From Gemmatimonadales bacterium (lineage in GTDB: Bacteria; Gemmatimonadota; Gemmatimonadetes; Gemmatimonadales; GWC2-71-9): DNA of 64,000 bases. The stretch lies in the NCBI GenBank assembly GCA_041615815.1, contig JBFJCP010000007.1:64001-128000 (forward strand), given 5' to 3'. The number at the start of each line of letters is the position of its first letter. Positions within the stretch are counted from its first letter, which is position 1. The translations under genes were made by a program, and so were the position numbers. Shown piece by piece: positions 31,023 to 43,901 of the stretch. The notes below the pieces were generated by a model. It was not told where the DNA came from, did not search any database, and was given only the letters and a program-made list of their open reading frames with translations.

Positions 31023-32538
31023 GTTTTACATCACGACGGCGATCGACTACTCGAACGGCGAACCCCATATCGGCCACGCGTACGAGAAGCTCGGCGCCGA
31101 TTGTGTGGCCCGGTACCGCCGGCTCCGTGGCGATCGTGTCCACTTTTGCATCGGCATGGACGAGCACGGCCAAAACGTCGCGCAAGCGGCGGAGTCCCAT
31201 GAGGCAGACCCCCAAGTGTGGGTCGACCAGATTGCGGCCAAGTTCCTTGCGGCATGGGACACCCTTTCCATCAGCAATACGGATTTCATCCGCACCACCG
31301 AGGACCGGCATCGCCGCTCGGTCGAAGAACTCGTCCGTCGGATCCAGCAGTCCGGGTACGTGAGCGAAGGTGTCTACGAGGGTTACTACTGCGTCGGCTG
31401 CGAGGCGTTCAAAGGCGACAAAGACCTGGAGAACGGGCGTTGCCCCCTGCACCCCACCCGCGAAATCCGATGGGTGGAGGAGCCCAACTTCTTCTTCGAG
31501 CTCGGGCGCTTCAAACACCGGCTCCTCGATCATTACGAGGCAAACCCGGACTTCGTCCAACCACGAGCCAAGCTCAACGAGGTGCGCAATGTCGTTGCCG
31601 GCTGGACCGAGGATCACAAGCTGTCCGTGAGCCGGGCGCGGGTCCCCTGGGGAATCCCCTGGCCGGGCGACCCTACACACACGGTCTATGTATGGTTCGA
31701 CGCGCTGATCAACTACCTCTCGGCCACGGGGTTTCCGGAGACCGGGTACGAGGCCATGTGGCCCGCCGACGTCCACGTGATCGGCCCGGATATCGTCCGC
31801 TTCCACGCCGCCATCTGGCCTGCCATGCTCATGGCGGCCGAAATCGACATTCCGGGCCAGGTGTGGTGTCACGGGTGGGTGCTCACGGACGCCGGCCGCT
31901 TTTCGAAGTCCGCGGGCGTCCGGGTGGAGCTCGACGACGCAATCGCCAAATACGGCCCCGATGCGCTGCGGTACTTCCTCCTTCGAGAGGTACCGTGGCA
32001 CTCCGATGGAACCTTCTCCTGGGAGCGGTTCGACGCTCGCTATACCGCCGAGTTGGCGGACGGCTACGGTAATCTGCTGAGCCGCGTGCTCGCCATGATC
32101 ACCCGCTACACGGACGGCATCGTTCCGGAACGCGGCGATCCGACTTCCTTGGATCAGGCGGGGGACGAGACGGTTCAGGCATACCAGCAGGCCATGGATG
32201 CACAGCTCCTCCACGACGGGGCCGCCGCGGCCTGGGACCTCGTGAGTCGAGCGAATGGTTTCGTGGAGCAGACCGCGCCCTGGCAGCTGGCCAAAGACGG
32301 GGCGCGGGCCGAGGTGGAACGAACGCTGGGCGCACTCGCCCGCGCCTTGGTCCGTATCACAATCATGGCCTCGCCGTTCCTCCCGAACAAAAGCCAAAGC
32401 GCACTCGAAGCGCTGGGACTCGGTGCGGTGTGGCCACCACGTTGGGCGTCGCTCGAGCGGCCACCGGTTGCGGGCACGCGGATTACCAAGCCAGCACCCC
32501 TGTTTCCGAAGCCCGAAACGGGACCCGCGCGAGTGTGA
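31012..32538 (+). CDS. metG: Methionine--tRNA ligase (short form)
   Basis: FYITTAIDY..PHIGH, Zn-knuckle CVGC, YVWFDAL, RFSKS. Confidence 0.95.
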   Translation: MTSKFYITTAIDYSNGEPHIGHAYEKLGADCVARYRRLRGDRVHFCIGMDEHGQNVAQAAESHEADPQVWVDQIAAKFLAAWDTLSISNTDFIRTTEDRHRRSVEELVRRIQQSGYVSEGVYEGYYCVGCEAFKGDKDLENGRCPLHPTREIRWVEEPNFFFELGRFKHRLLDHYEANPDFVQPRAKLNEVRNVVAGWTEDHKLSVSRARVPWGIPWPGDPTHTVYVWFDALINYLSATGFPETGYEAMWPADVHVIGPDIVRFHAAIWPAMLMAAEIDIPGQVWCHGWVLTDAGRFSKSAGVRVELDDAIAKYGPDALRYFLLREVPWHSDGTFSWERFDARYTAELADGYGNLLSRVLAMITRYTDGIVPERGDPTSLDQAGDETVQAYQQAMDAQLLHDGAAAAWDLVSRANGFVEQTAPWQLAKDGARAEVERTLGALARALVRITIMASPFLPNKSQSALEALGLGAVWPPRWASLERPPVAGTRITKPAPLFPKPETGPARV

Positions 32539-32570
32539 CAAAGCTCACCGGGACCCACCCACATAAGTGG

Positions 32571-32600
32571 TTGACAGGCCCGGACCTCGCCGGGTAGCTT
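32571..32600 (+). promoter_or_regulatory. Sigma70-type promoter of the M23 peptidase gene
   Basis: TTGACA-N18-TAGCTT. Confidence 0.55.
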
Positions 32601-32723
32601 AGCCTCCGCCGTCGGGCACACCAGGGTCGCGCCCTCCCCCAGGTGCAGTGCCGCCTGGCCGTCGTGTCTTTTAGGCGAAAGACGAAACGAGCAACACCTC
32701 AAGAAGATTGGGGAGCAGCTTCA

Positions 32724-33659
32724 ATGGCAGACAGGCGATGGACTGTGGTGGTAGTACCACACGGGCCTGGTGGGTCGAAGACCCTGCAGTTATCGCTCCG
32801 TGCAGTGAAAATCGTGGCTGGAATTGCTGCCACCCTCGTTCTGGCAGCTGCGGGTCTCGGCTTTACCATCGTCTACAAATCAGTCGACCTCTCCCGCCTG
32901 GAACGGCTCGAGCGCCGCAACCACGCACTGGTCGAAGAAATCAATCGCGCACACCTCTCCCTCACCGTTCTCCAAGACACCATCGAAGCCATCGCCGCTC
33001 GCGATCAGAAGATTCGCCTCCTGGCTGGACTCGATCCAATCGATTCCGACGTCCAGCAGGCCGGTATTGGCGGTCCCGGTGGACCGGTCACCGAGCGGGA
33101 GATTCTCCTCGGCGAGACGGCCTCCGGTCAGCGGGCGCTGGCGATGAGCATGGACCTCTCGTCCTTGGTGCGTCGGGCGAACTTGGTGGCGGCGTCGTTT
33201 GACGCTGTGGTGGACAGTCTCGAATCGCACAAGGCGACACTCGAACGAACACCATCGATCATGCCCACGATGGGCTGGCTCACCAGCCGGTTCTCACGGC
33301 AGCGCTTCCACCCCATCCATCACGAGTCCCGGCCCCATCAGGGTATCGACGTGGCGGCGCCGATTGGCACCCCGATCGTGGCCCCCGCCGACGGTCGGGT
33401 CATCGACGTGCGTGCTAAGGGCACGGGTGGCTATGGGATGATGCTCACGATTGACCACGGTGGTGGAGTGGTCACCCGCTACGCGCATTGCTCCAAGATC
33501 TTGGTCAAGGTGGGGCAGCGCGTCCGGCGGAATGAAAAGATCGCCCTAGTGGGGAAGACCGGCCTGGCGACGGCACCCCACCTGCATTATGAGGTCATTC
33601 GGAATGGTCGACCTGTGGACCCCTGGACGTTCATCCTCCCGGACGTCATCGTCGACTGA
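32724..33659 (+). CDS. M23 family metallopeptidase
   Basis: TM segment plus coiled coil, HQGID, YAHC, PHLHYEV. Confidence 0.92.
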   Translation: MADRRWTVVVVPHGPGGSKTLQLSLRAVKIVAGIAATLVLAAAGLGFTIVYKSVDLSRLERLERRNHALVEEINRAHLSLTVLQDTIEAIAARDQKIRLLAGLDPIDSDVQQAGIGGPGGPVTEREILLGETASGQRALAMSMDLSSLVRRANLVAASFDAVVDSLESHKATLERTPSIMPTMGWLTSRFSRQRFHPIHHESRPHQGIDVAAPIGTPIVAPADGRVIDVRAKGTGGYGMMLTIDHGGGVVTRYAHCSKILVKVGQRVRRNEKIALVGKTGLATAPHLHYEVIRNGRPVDPWTFILPDVIVD

Positions 33660-33685
33660 CCGAGACTTCAGTTCGTCTCCTCCCC

Positions 33686-33711
33686 AACTCCCCGCCCACA
33701 AGCGGGGAGTT
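33686..33711 (+). terminator. Hairpin, possible terminator
   Basis: AACTCCCCGC-CCACAA-GCGGGGAGTT, perfect 10-bp stem after the M23 gene; weak U-tract. Confidence 0.4.
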
Positions 33712-33732
33712 CTGTATAGAAACGCGGCGGTG

Positions 33733-34500
33733 ATGACCCGCACACTCCACCTCCTGACCACCGTGACCGCCCTGCTGGGGCTGCAAGCGTGTGCCCGCGA
33801 CGCTCACCCGACGCTCGTGGACGCGAGCTTGGGCGAGGGCGCACCCGCACCGGCTCTCGAGATCAGCTTTCTCCCGTTCGATCCGCAAGCGCTCCTGGAT
33901 TCGCTCGCGAACGCGTCGGGAATCCCGCGCCCGGCCTTCGAGGCCCTCGAAGCGTCGCTGGCGGCCTACCGTGCACCCGATGAAGCGGCGCTCGCGGCCG
34001 CCGCGGCGCCGTGGCGCACGCTTCGGGACAGCCTGACCACCATCACCGACTCACTCAACACGCTGGCTCGGGGATCTCCCCCGTATGCCCGGTTGTTCCG
34101 ACAGTTCCGACAGATGCAGCCGCGATTGGCACCCCTGGCCGCGCAGCGGGACAGCGCCGTCGGCGGGATCCTCGCCGAGCACCGCCGCCTGGCCGAACGG
34201 GCCACGACAGCCGCAGAATCCCTGCGGAGTTGGGAAGAGGTGGTCTACGCGCCGTATCCGGAGGTTTCGGAGCTGGCACTGCGTCGCGAAGGCCGCAGTG
34301 CCGTGGCCATCGAGACCGATAGCACCGGCGCGGCGGAAATCCACCTTGAGCGTGGACGATGGTGGGCGGTGGCCCGCGTGCCCGATCCCGAGAACCCGTT
34401 TCTCGAGTACGCCTGGACCGTTCCGTTCACGGTAACCGGTTGGCTTCCAGTGCAGCTCCCGCTCATGCCCCGGAACGCTCGGCGACGGTGGCGACATTAG
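33733..34500 (+). CDS. Hypothetical lipoprotein
   Basis: Signal peptide with LQAC lipobox. Confidence 0.7.
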   Translation: MTRTLHLLTTVTALLGLQACARDAHPTLVDASLGEGAPAPALEISFLPFDPQALLDSLANASGIPRPAFEALEASLAAYRAPDEAALAAAAAPWRTLRDSLTTITDSLNTLARGSPPYARLFRQFRQMQPRLAPLAAQRDSAVGGILAEHRRLAERATTAAESLRSWEEVVYAPYPEVSELALRREGRSAVAIETDSTGAAEIHLERGRWWAVARVPDPENPFLEYAWTVPFTVTGWLPVQLPLMPRNARRRWRH

Positions 34501-34586
34501 GGGTGGGGAGCACGGGAACCCCCGACTCGGGATCTCATTGGTATATTGAACGTTCGGCGTAACGCAATGGAGGAGGAGTGCCGAAT

Positions 34587-35291
34587 ATGAAGCTGGTGGG
34601 CATGCTGGTCGTCGCCGTCGCGGCGGGAGCCGGTGTGGCGTGGACGGTGGCCATGCGTGGTGGCGCCGTGGACTCGGCCGCGCAGGGGACGGCCCCGGAC
34701 TCGGGATCCCCGCAGACCGTCACGGAACAGGACCTCCTCCTGGATGCCCGCACCAAAGGCTCCAAGTCAGCTCCAATCACGATCTACGAGGCGAGCGACT
34801 TCCAATGCCCCTATTGCCGCCAGTTCTGGGAGCAGACGCTTCCGGAGCTCGAGCGCGACTACATCCGCACTGGCAAAGTGCGGTTCATCTTTTTGAATCT
34901 CCCGCTGACGCAGATCCATGGGAACGCTGCCGCGGCGCACGAACTCGCCATGTGCGCGGCCAGACAAGATCAGTTCTGGCCCGTGCACGATCTCCTGTAC
35001 CGGCATCAGGCACGGTGGGCGCAGATGGAGGATCCGTCATTCTACTTCATCGCCCTCGGCGACTCGGCGCAGCTCTCCCGCGATCGGCTCCGGGAGTGCT
35101 TCGACTCAGGGAGTGTCCGGTGGCTGATTGAGGCTGAGGCCCAGATGAACTGGCGGTCTGGCATCACGAGCACACCATCCTTCATCATCGAGGGTGCGTT
35201 GCTCGGTGGCGCGGCACCGATGGACATCTGGCGCCCCATCCTCGACTCGATCTACACCGAGAAGACCAAGACCGTTGATGGCGCCAAGTAG
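34587..35291 (+). CDS. DsbA family thioredoxin-fold protein
   Basis: SDFQCPYC, cis-Pro STPSF, N-terminal TM segment; GGAGGAGG RBS. Confidence 0.9.
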   Translation: MKLVGMLVVAVAAGAGVAWTVAMRGGAVDSAAQGTAPDSGSPQTVTEQDLLLDARTKGSKSAPITIYEASDFQCPYCRQFWEQTLPELERDYIRTGKVRFIFLNLPLTQIHGNAAAAHELAMCAARQDQFWPVHDLLYRHQARWAQMEDPSFYFIALGDSAQLSRDRLRECFDSGSVRWLIEAEAQMNWRSGITSTPSFIIEGALLGGAAPMDIWRPILDSIYTEKTKTVDGAK

Positions 35292-35350
35292 GTTTGGGAC
35301 TGACGCCGGAGAGACCGCTGGGAAACAGTAGCGACAACAGAACCAGCGGG

Positions 35351-36091
35351 CTACGTCACTCCCACCAAGGTCAAGGCCACGTCATAGAGCGCGTGCGTCC
35401 AGGCAGCGATGCCAAAGCCCCGCACCACGTACAAGCCGCTTAGCAGCAGGCCGGCGATCGTTCGGAACGTGAACGACGGCACGGCGAAGGGGTCGCCGAG
35501 CGGGCCAATATAGTGAAAGCTGCTGAAGATGAGGGCGCTCACCACTACGGCCGTTCCGAACGCCACCTCGCGCCGCCACCCCAACCAGAGCCCGAGCGCC
35601 GCGATGCCGGACACGAGAATCACACGAAACAAGAGCTCCTCGTAGATCCCGGCTCCAAGGGAAACGACCAGCTGGGTACCCAGTGGCAGCGATGTCACCG
35701 GTGCCTGCACCACTCGAGACAGTGCACCCGTGAGCAGCCAACGCGTCAACATCGCCACCACCTGACCGAACAGCGCGGCATACACGAGACTCTCGGCAAA
35801 CATCCCGAGGAATACGCGCCCCGCCAAGCGCCCACCACGGCGACGCTGATCCTGCCACACGACCCACGCACCAATCGCGATCAGGACGACGCCGAAGGCC
35901 ACGAGCCCTCCGCGCCCTCCCAAGGAGACAAACAGCGTCTTGAGCAGCACATCGGCTCCGTTCCGAACACCGGCGAACGCAGAATGCGACATGGCCGCGG
36001 CCAGCCCCTCGTACAAAAGGAGCAACGGCGCCGCGAACAGCACGCTGTAGCGCGGCTGTCGGCTGAGCGCGTAGTACTGTTGTGGCGACAT
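35351..36091 (-). CDS. CPBP (Abi/CAAX) family intramembrane metalloprotease
   Basis: AGIYEELLFR, FSSFHY, AAWTHALYD. Confidence 0.85.
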   Translation of the reverse strand: MSPQQYYALSRQPRYSVLFAAPLLLLYEGLAAAMSHSAFAGVRNGADVLLKTLFVSLGGRGGLVAFGVVLIAIGAWVVWQDQRRRGGRLAGRVFLGMFAESLVYAALFGQVVAMLTRWLLTGALSRVVQAPVTSLPLGTQLVVSLGAGIYEELLFRVILVSGIAALGLWLGWRREVAFGTAVVVSALIFSSFHYIGPLGDPFAVPSFTFRTIAGLLLSGLYVVRGFGIAAWTHALYDVALTLVGVT

Positions 36092-36117
36092 CGCTCCTAA
36101 CCTACCACATTCGCGTC

Positions 36118-37368
36118 ATGTCCAGTTTCCCAGCTCTGTACCGCGTCGCGGCACGGATGGTCCATCGGACCCCACTCGGCAGCGGCAAGGTCGGACAAAG
36201 CGTTGCTGGCCGGAAGGGAGCCGCCGCCCGGTGGGCTCGATGGGCAGCCTCGAGAGGGCAGCGCGAACCAACGGTGTGGGTACATGCCGCGTCCGTCGGT
36301 GAGGCGCAAACGGCCGCGCCGGTGATGCAGCGGCTCCGCGTGGCGCGCCCCGGCCTGGAATGGGTCCTCTCGTGCTCGTCACCATCCCTTGCTGCCTGGC
36401 CCGACGCGTTCGGTGCCGTCCATCGAGACTACGCACCGCTCGACGAACCCCGGGAAGTCCGGCAAGCACTCGAGACCGTGAAGCCATCGCTCGTGATCTT
36501 TGCCCGGGGCGATCTCTGGCCAGAACTGGTGCAAGGGGCCGCGAGTGGCGGTAGACCGGTGGCGGTCATCGGAGCGACCGTGCGACCCGGGAGCCAACGG
36601 CTGCGGTGGCCGCTGCGCGGACTCGCGACATATGTGTCGAGCCAGATCACGTGGGTGGGGGCGGTTTCCGACGCGGACGCCAACCGGTGGGCGCGGCTCG
36701 GCGTGGCTCCCGATCGTTTGTCCGTGACGGGTGACCCACGCCACGACGCAATCCTCGAGCGCGTCTGCAACACCGATGCCTTGTGCCCGCTTTTCGGTTG
36801 GCGGGATCGGCGCACTGTCCTCGTCGCCGGGAGCGTCGAGTCCGCCGATGACACCCCACTGTTGCATGCCGCCGCGAGGGTATTGGGAGCCCACCCCGCA
36901 TCCGCGATGCTTCTCGTCCCCCACGAGACGTCCACGCATCGAATCGACCAGCTCGAGATGAGGCTCTCCCACATGGGGCTGGCGCCCGCGATCTGGCGAC
37001 CGGGTGAAGCGACTCCCGCCGAGCGCTGCGTGATCGTCGAGGCACGCGGGCTGCTCGGTGATCTGTATGCGGTCGGAGATCTTGCGTATGTGGGCGGCGG
37101 CTATCGTCGTGGGCGGCTGCATGCCGTGATGGAGCCGGCCGCGTACGGTGTTCCCGTGTTGTTTGGGAACGCGGCGGCCCAGCCCACCGATGGCGAGCGC
37201 CTGGTGGCTGCTGGTGGAGCACAGGCCTGTGGGCCCTCCGAACTCGCGGATGTGTGGGGATACTTCGTTGGGGACGCGGACAGTCGGAAGCGCGCGGGGT
37301 TGGCGGCCCGAGCCAGTCTCCACGAGGGCGGCGCTGCGCGAACGGCTCGGTCGCTGCTTGCGCTTTGA
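36118..37368 (+). CDS. waaA: 3-deoxy-D-manno-octulosonic acid (Kdo) transferase
   Basis: WVHAASVGE, DLWP, TGDPRHD, YVGGG...MEPAAYG. Confidence 0.85.
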   Translation: MSSFPALYRVAARMVHRTPLGSGKVGQSVAGRKGAAARWARWAASRGQREPTVWVHAASVGEAQTAAPVMQRLRVARPGLEWVLSCSSPSLAAWPDAFGAVHRDYAPLDEPREVRQALETVKPSLVIFARGDLWPELVQGAASGGRPVAVIGATVRPGSQRLRWPLRGLATYVSSQITWVGAVSDADANRWARLGVAPDRLSVTGDPRHDAILERVCNTDALCPLFGWRDRRTVLVAGSVESADDTPLLHAAARVLGAHPASAMLLVPHETSTHRIDQLEMRLSHMGLAPAIWRPGEATPAERCVIVEARGLLGDLYAVGDLAYVGGGYRRGRLHAVMEPAAYGVPVLFGNAAAQPTDGERLVAAGGAQACGPSELADVWGYFVGDADSRKRAGLAARASLHEGGAARTARSLLAL

Positions 37369-37443
37369 TAGCACGAACGCCGAGCGGGGCACCGCTTGGG
37401 CACCCCGCTCCGTGCTACAGTCATCCGTGGCTCGCTGCTCGCC

Positions 37444-38115
37444 TTACTTGACGATGCCTCCAGGTATCAGCCCCGGAATCGTTATCCGGTAATGCAGACC
37501 CGCGCCAATGGTGAGGGCATCGAGGTCGAAGTCGCTGACCCTCAGATAGTCGACGGCCAGATGAAAGCCAAGACCGGTCGGCAACGTCACGTTGAGGCCG
37601 GCCGACATCCCATACCCCAGCTCGGTCACGGACGTACCGTTACTGAGCCTCATGAGGTGTATGCGAGGCGCGATCCAGGGCTCGACATCCAGGATGGGGG
37701 CCGGCACGTTGAAGGCCACGCCTACTCCGATAGGGATGTCCAGCTCGGTCATGCCTTCGAAGTCGAACACACCCACGCCACCCTGTACATTCACCGAGAC
37801 CGGCACGAGTGGGAGGTCGAGGATGTTGAGCGCCACGGCTCCGCCAATCGTCACCTCGCTTGCACCGTCGGCGAATGCGAACCCCACACCGCCCATCAAA
37901 CTCACGGGTCCGAGTCCGAGGATGGCCCGCCCGCCGGCGAAGTTGAAATTGTCGCGATCCGAAAAACCTCTCGCGTAATCGCCGTTCAAGCTGAGCCCGG
38001 TACCGTGACTCGGTGAGTAGTACACCGGGTTGTTAAAGAGCTGCGCCTGCGCAGCACTGGTCTCCAGCAGCAGTCCCAGCCCCGCGAGCATCACAATCAT
38101 GAGAGCCGTCCGCAT
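37444..38115 (-). CDS. Predicted outer-membrane beta-barrel protein
   Basis: Signal peptide AQAQ followed by alternating Gly/hydrophobic beta-strands. Confidence 0.7.
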   Translation of the reverse strand: MRTALMIVMLAGLGLLLETSAAQAQLFNNPVYYSPSHGTGLSLNGDYARGFSDRDNFNFAGGRAILGLGPVSLMGGVGFAFADGASEVTIGGAVALNILDLPLVPVSVNVQGGVGVFDFEGMTELDIPIGVGVAFNVPAPILDVEPWIAPRIHLMRLSNGTSVTELGYGMSAGLNVTLPTGLGFHLAVDYLRVSDFDLDALTIGAGLHYRITIPGLIPGGIVK

Positions 38116-38163
38116 GATCGACTCCTTGTTGCGCATTGTGACGGTGAGTACTCCCGCAATCGC

Positions 38164-38793
38164 TCAGCGAATCCAGACCGCGCTGAGCGCTATTCCTTCC
38201 AGATCGCCGATCCCGACGCTGATCCGCGCGTCGAAGTGGCGACTCAGTCGAAAATCTCCACCGAACCCGAAGGCGAACCCGACATCCCCATCGAACCCGC
38301 CGGCTGGATCGTCCCGAAAGGTCAGAAAGGCGGTTGGTTGGACGTAGGGCACGATGCTCACATCGGAATCTTCCACGTTGAGCCGCCGGCCCAACGCGAG
38401 TCCTCCCGGGATGATCAAAACCGACGCGTCGGAAACGAGCTGGGCGCCGGCACCGATGATGACCGCTCCGTCAAGCGGGAAGTCGACACTGTGGGTGATG
38501 ACACGATTCCGAAATGTTGCCCCGAGGAGTATGCGGCTGTCGCCCACCCCGTCGGGATCAAACAGACCGCCGCGAATCCCGATGTCCCAGGTTCCGGTTC
38601 CGAACCGATATTGCCCCTCGAGTCCGAGGCCGTCCGGTCCCTCCGATGCAAAGCTCAACGTGCCGCCAAACTCATGATGATCGAACGCGCGATACGGCGC
38701 ATTGAAGCTCGGCATGCCCGTCGACTGGGCCCCGATTGGACCGGCGGCGACCATGCTGAGCAGCGCCACGAACACGACGATACTACGCGACAT
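38164..38793 (-). CDS. Predicted outer-membrane beta-barrel protein
   Basis: Signal peptide, amphipathic beta-strands, C-terminal AVWIR; start overlaps the end of atpC. Confidence 0.7.
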   Translation of the reverse strand: MSRSIVVFVALLSMVAAGPIGAQSTGMPSFNAPYRAFDHHEFGGTLSFASEGPDGLGLEGQYRFGTGTWDIGIRGGLFDPDGVGDSRILLGATFRNRVITHSVDFPLDGAVIIGAGAQLVSDASVLIIPGGLALGRRLNVEDSDVSIVPYVQPTAFLTFRDDPAGGFDGDVGFAFGFGGDFRLSRHFDARISVGIGDLEGIALSAVWIR

Positions 38794-39054
38794 GTGTCTC
38801 TCCTTCGGGGCGCTGGGCGTATTCGGCGACGACGCGGACGGCGTCCTGCACCACCTGCAAAAAACCACCACGGACACCGATCTCGTGGACGGTCTCGTCT
38901 TCGCCTCGAATCTTCAGGGTTCCCTTGCCCAGGAGCGTCATAAACGGCGCGTGCCGCGGGAGGATACCCACGTCACCGTCGTACGCCGGGACGATCACAC
39001 TTTGGGCCGGGCCCTCAAATACGGAGCCCGCCGGTGAAATCACCGTGACGTGCA

Positions 39055-39055
<1 letters not shown>
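38783..39055 (-). CDS. atpC: F1 ATP synthase epsilon subunit (short)
   Basis: VISPAG..F, GDVGILPRHAP, GGFLQV; follows atpD. Confidence 0.92.
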
Positions 39056-41417
<2,362 letters not shown>

Positions 41418-41423
41418 GGTGGT

Positions 41424-42959
41424 CTACTTCAGCGCCTTGAACCCATCGATGGCCTCGCGTAATGCCGCCGTCAATTCGTCGTCCAGGGTCCGCTGGGTAC
41501 GAATGGCCGTGAGGAGCTTCTCGTGTTTGGCCCGGAGGAATTGGTGGAAGTCTTTCTCCCACTCTTTCACCTTGCCGGGCTCGACGTCATCGAGATGCCC
41601 ATTGGTCACCGCATATATGATGGCGATTTGATTCACCACGGGCATTGGTGCGTACTGCCCCTGTTTCAGAACCTCCACGATCCGCGCGCCTCGCGCCAGT
41701 TGGCGCTGCGTGGCCTGATCCAGATCGGACCCGAACTGTGCGAAGGCTTCGAGCTCGCGATACTGGGCGTACTCAAGCCGCAACCGGCCGGCCACCGTCT
41801 TCATCGCTTTGATCTGAGCATTACCGCCCACCCGCGACACAGAGATTCCCGGGTTGATGGCGGGGCGCACGTTGGCGTAGAACAGATCCGCCTCGAGATA
41901 GATCTGTCCATCCGTGATCGAGATGACGTTAGTCGGGATGTACGCCGACACGTCGCCAGCCTGAGTCTCGATGACGGGCAACGCTGTCAACGAACCGCCA
42001 CCTTTGGCATCCGACAGCTTGGCGGCCCGCTCGAGCAGGCGGGAGTGGAGGTAAAACACGTCCCCGGGGTACGCCTCTCGCCCTGGTGGACGACGCAGAA
42101 CCAGCGAGAGCTGCCGGTAGGCTTGCGCGTGCTTGGACAGATCGTCGTACACGCAGAGCGTGTGACCGCCCTTCTCGTACATGAAGTATTCGGCCATCGT
42201 GCATCCGGCATACGGCGCAATGAACTGGAGCGGCGCCGGATCCGCGGCCCCTGCCACGACGACGATGGAGTAATCCATCGCGCCCTGCTGCTTGAGCCGC
42301 TCCACGACCGCCGCCACCGTCGAGTTCTTCTGGCCAATCGCGACGTACACGCAAATGACGTCGCCACCCTTCTGATTGATGATGGTGTCGATGGCGATCG
42401 CCGTCTTCCCGATTCCCCGATCTCCGATGATGAGCTCGCGTTGACCACGCCCGATGGGAATCATCGAGTCCACAGCCTTGAGCCCGGTCTGCAGCGGCTC
42501 CTTCACGGGCTGTCGCCACACGATGCCCGGTGCTTCAGATTCGATCTTGCGGTACGCGTCCGTTTTGATGGGACCGAGCCCGTCAAGCGGCCGCCCCAAG
42601 GGATCCACCACGCGCCCCACCATCGCCTCGCCAACCGGCACTTCCAACACCCGTCCCGTGCGTCGAACCTCGTCGCCCTCCCGCAGCTGCAGATAGTCCC
42701 CGAGAATGACCGCGCCGAGGTTGTCTTCCTCCAAGTTGAGCGCCAAGCCGGTCACGGTCTCGCCGGAATCGGACGCCGTGAACTCGAGCATCTCCCCGGC
42801 CATGGCCGACAACAGCCCGTAGACACGCGCCGTTCCGTCCTTCACCTCCAGCACGGTGCCCACTTCACGCGTGTCCAACGCCTCGAGCTCGGCGGCCTCG
42901 ATCTCTTTCAGGAGGACGTCTTTCAGCTCGCCAGGACGGAGAATGGATTCGGTAGCCAT
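41424..42959 (-). CDS. atpA: F1 ATP synthase alpha subunit
   Basis: [39 protein letters not shown]. Confidence 0.98.
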   Translation of the reverse strand: MATESILRPGELKDVLLKEIEAAELEALDTREVGTVLEVKDGTARVYGLLSAMAGEMLEFTASDSGETVTGLALNLEEDNLGAVILGDYLQLREGDEVRRTGRVLEVPVGEAMVGRVVDPLGRPLDGLGPIKTDAYRKIESEAPGIVWRQPVKEPLQTGLKAVDSMIPIGRGQRELIIGDRGIGKTAIAIDTIINQKGGDVICVYVAIGQKNSTVAAVVERLKQQGAMDYSIVVVAGAADPAPLQFIAPYAGCTMAEYFMYEKGGHTLCVYDDLSKHAQAYRQLSLVLRRPPGREAYPGDVFYLHSRLLERAAKLSDAKGGGSLTALPVIETQAGDVSAYIPTNVISITDGQIYLEADLFYANVRPAINPGISVSRVGGNAQIKAMKTVAGRLRLEYAQYRELEAFAQFGSDLDQATQRQLARGARIVEVLKQGQYAPMPVVNQIAIIYAVTNGHLDDVEPGKVKEWEKDFHQFLRAKHEKLLTAIRTQRTLDDELTAALREAIDGFKALK

Positions 42960-42997
42960 ACGCTTTTCTGAGACCGGTTTGGGGGTGGTTCAAAGGC

Positions 42998-43015
42998 TTG
43001 TGAAAATTATCACAA
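42998..43015. promoter_or_regulatory. Rex-like operator upstream of atpA
   Basis: TTGTGAA-AATT-ATCACAA, one mismatch to the Rex consensus TTGTGAA-N4-TTCACAA. Confidence 0.65.
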
Positions 43016-43127
43016 GCAGCGAAACCCGCAAGCGCGAATGAATATCGACGATTCACTACCCAATGTCGATCACCCCGTCCGCGCGGCTGGGGACTGCCCG
43101 CTCAGCGCAGAGCGCACGCGCGACCCG

Positions 43128-43901
43128 CTACACCCGACTCCTCGTCCTCCCGAGCACAAACCGCTGCAAGACTCCTCGGGGTCCGAGGCGGGCCAGTTCT
43201 CGAGGGGTCACGCCCGCCACGCGGCGGGCACTCCCCGCGAAATGGCTCGGAGAGGAGTACCCCAAAAGATCAGACACTGTCCGCACAGTATATCCCGGGT
43301 TGCCCAAAAGATCCGATGCCAAGGCGGCCCGTGCCAAGTCAATCACCCGCTTCAGATTAGGAGCGCCACCGGCCGCAAATTCGCGAGACAGGTGCTCTCG
43401 GGTCTTCCGGAGGGTCACGGCCACGTCCCCGGTCGTCATGGGCTGTTCGGCCCGGTCCAAGACCACCGCCCACGCTTGGAGCTGCAGCGGCTCGATCAGC
43501 CGGAGCAGCCGCGGCGCATCGGCCAGCGCCTCACGGCGCTTGCGGCTCGCCAGGTGAGGACCGATGAGCCGTCCGGCGGCCGCATCGTCCACGCCCTCCA
43601 CCAAGATCCCACTCAGCGGAGCCCGCCTGCACGCGGCGAGTAATGCTCCGTCGGCCGGGCGAAAGGCGCTAAAGGCGAAAAACGGAATGCGCGGAAAGGC
43701 ATGGGCCATCTCGAACGTCGGCCTCGCCCATCCGGCTCGGACGTCAACGACCACCCCGTCCACCAATTGGCTCCCCAGCAGCGAGGCTACGCGGTCCACC
43801 GATGTACACGAGACCACCCGTATGCCCTGTCGGCGGGGTAACCCGCGCCTCAGCTGCGCCCGCAGGTCCCGGTTGTGGTGCACCACCGGCACGAGGGTCA
43901 T
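43128..43901 (-). CDS. AraC family transcriptional regulator with a receiver-like N-terminus
   Basis: C-terminal double HTH (TREHLSREF...LGYSSPSHF...GVTP). Confidence 0.8.
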   Translation of the reverse strand: MTLVPVVHHNRDLRAQLRRGLPRRQGIRVVSCTSVDRVASLLGSQLVDGVVVDVRAGWARPTFEMAHAFPRIPFFAFSAFRPADGALLAACRRAPLSGILVEGVDDAAAGRLIGPHLASRKRREALADAPRLLRLIEPLQLQAWAVVLDRAEQPMTTGDVAVTLRKTREHLSREFAAGGAPNLKRVIDLARAALASDLLGNPGYTVRTVSDLLGYSSPSHFAGSARRVAGVTPRELARLGPRGVLQRFVLGRTRSRV

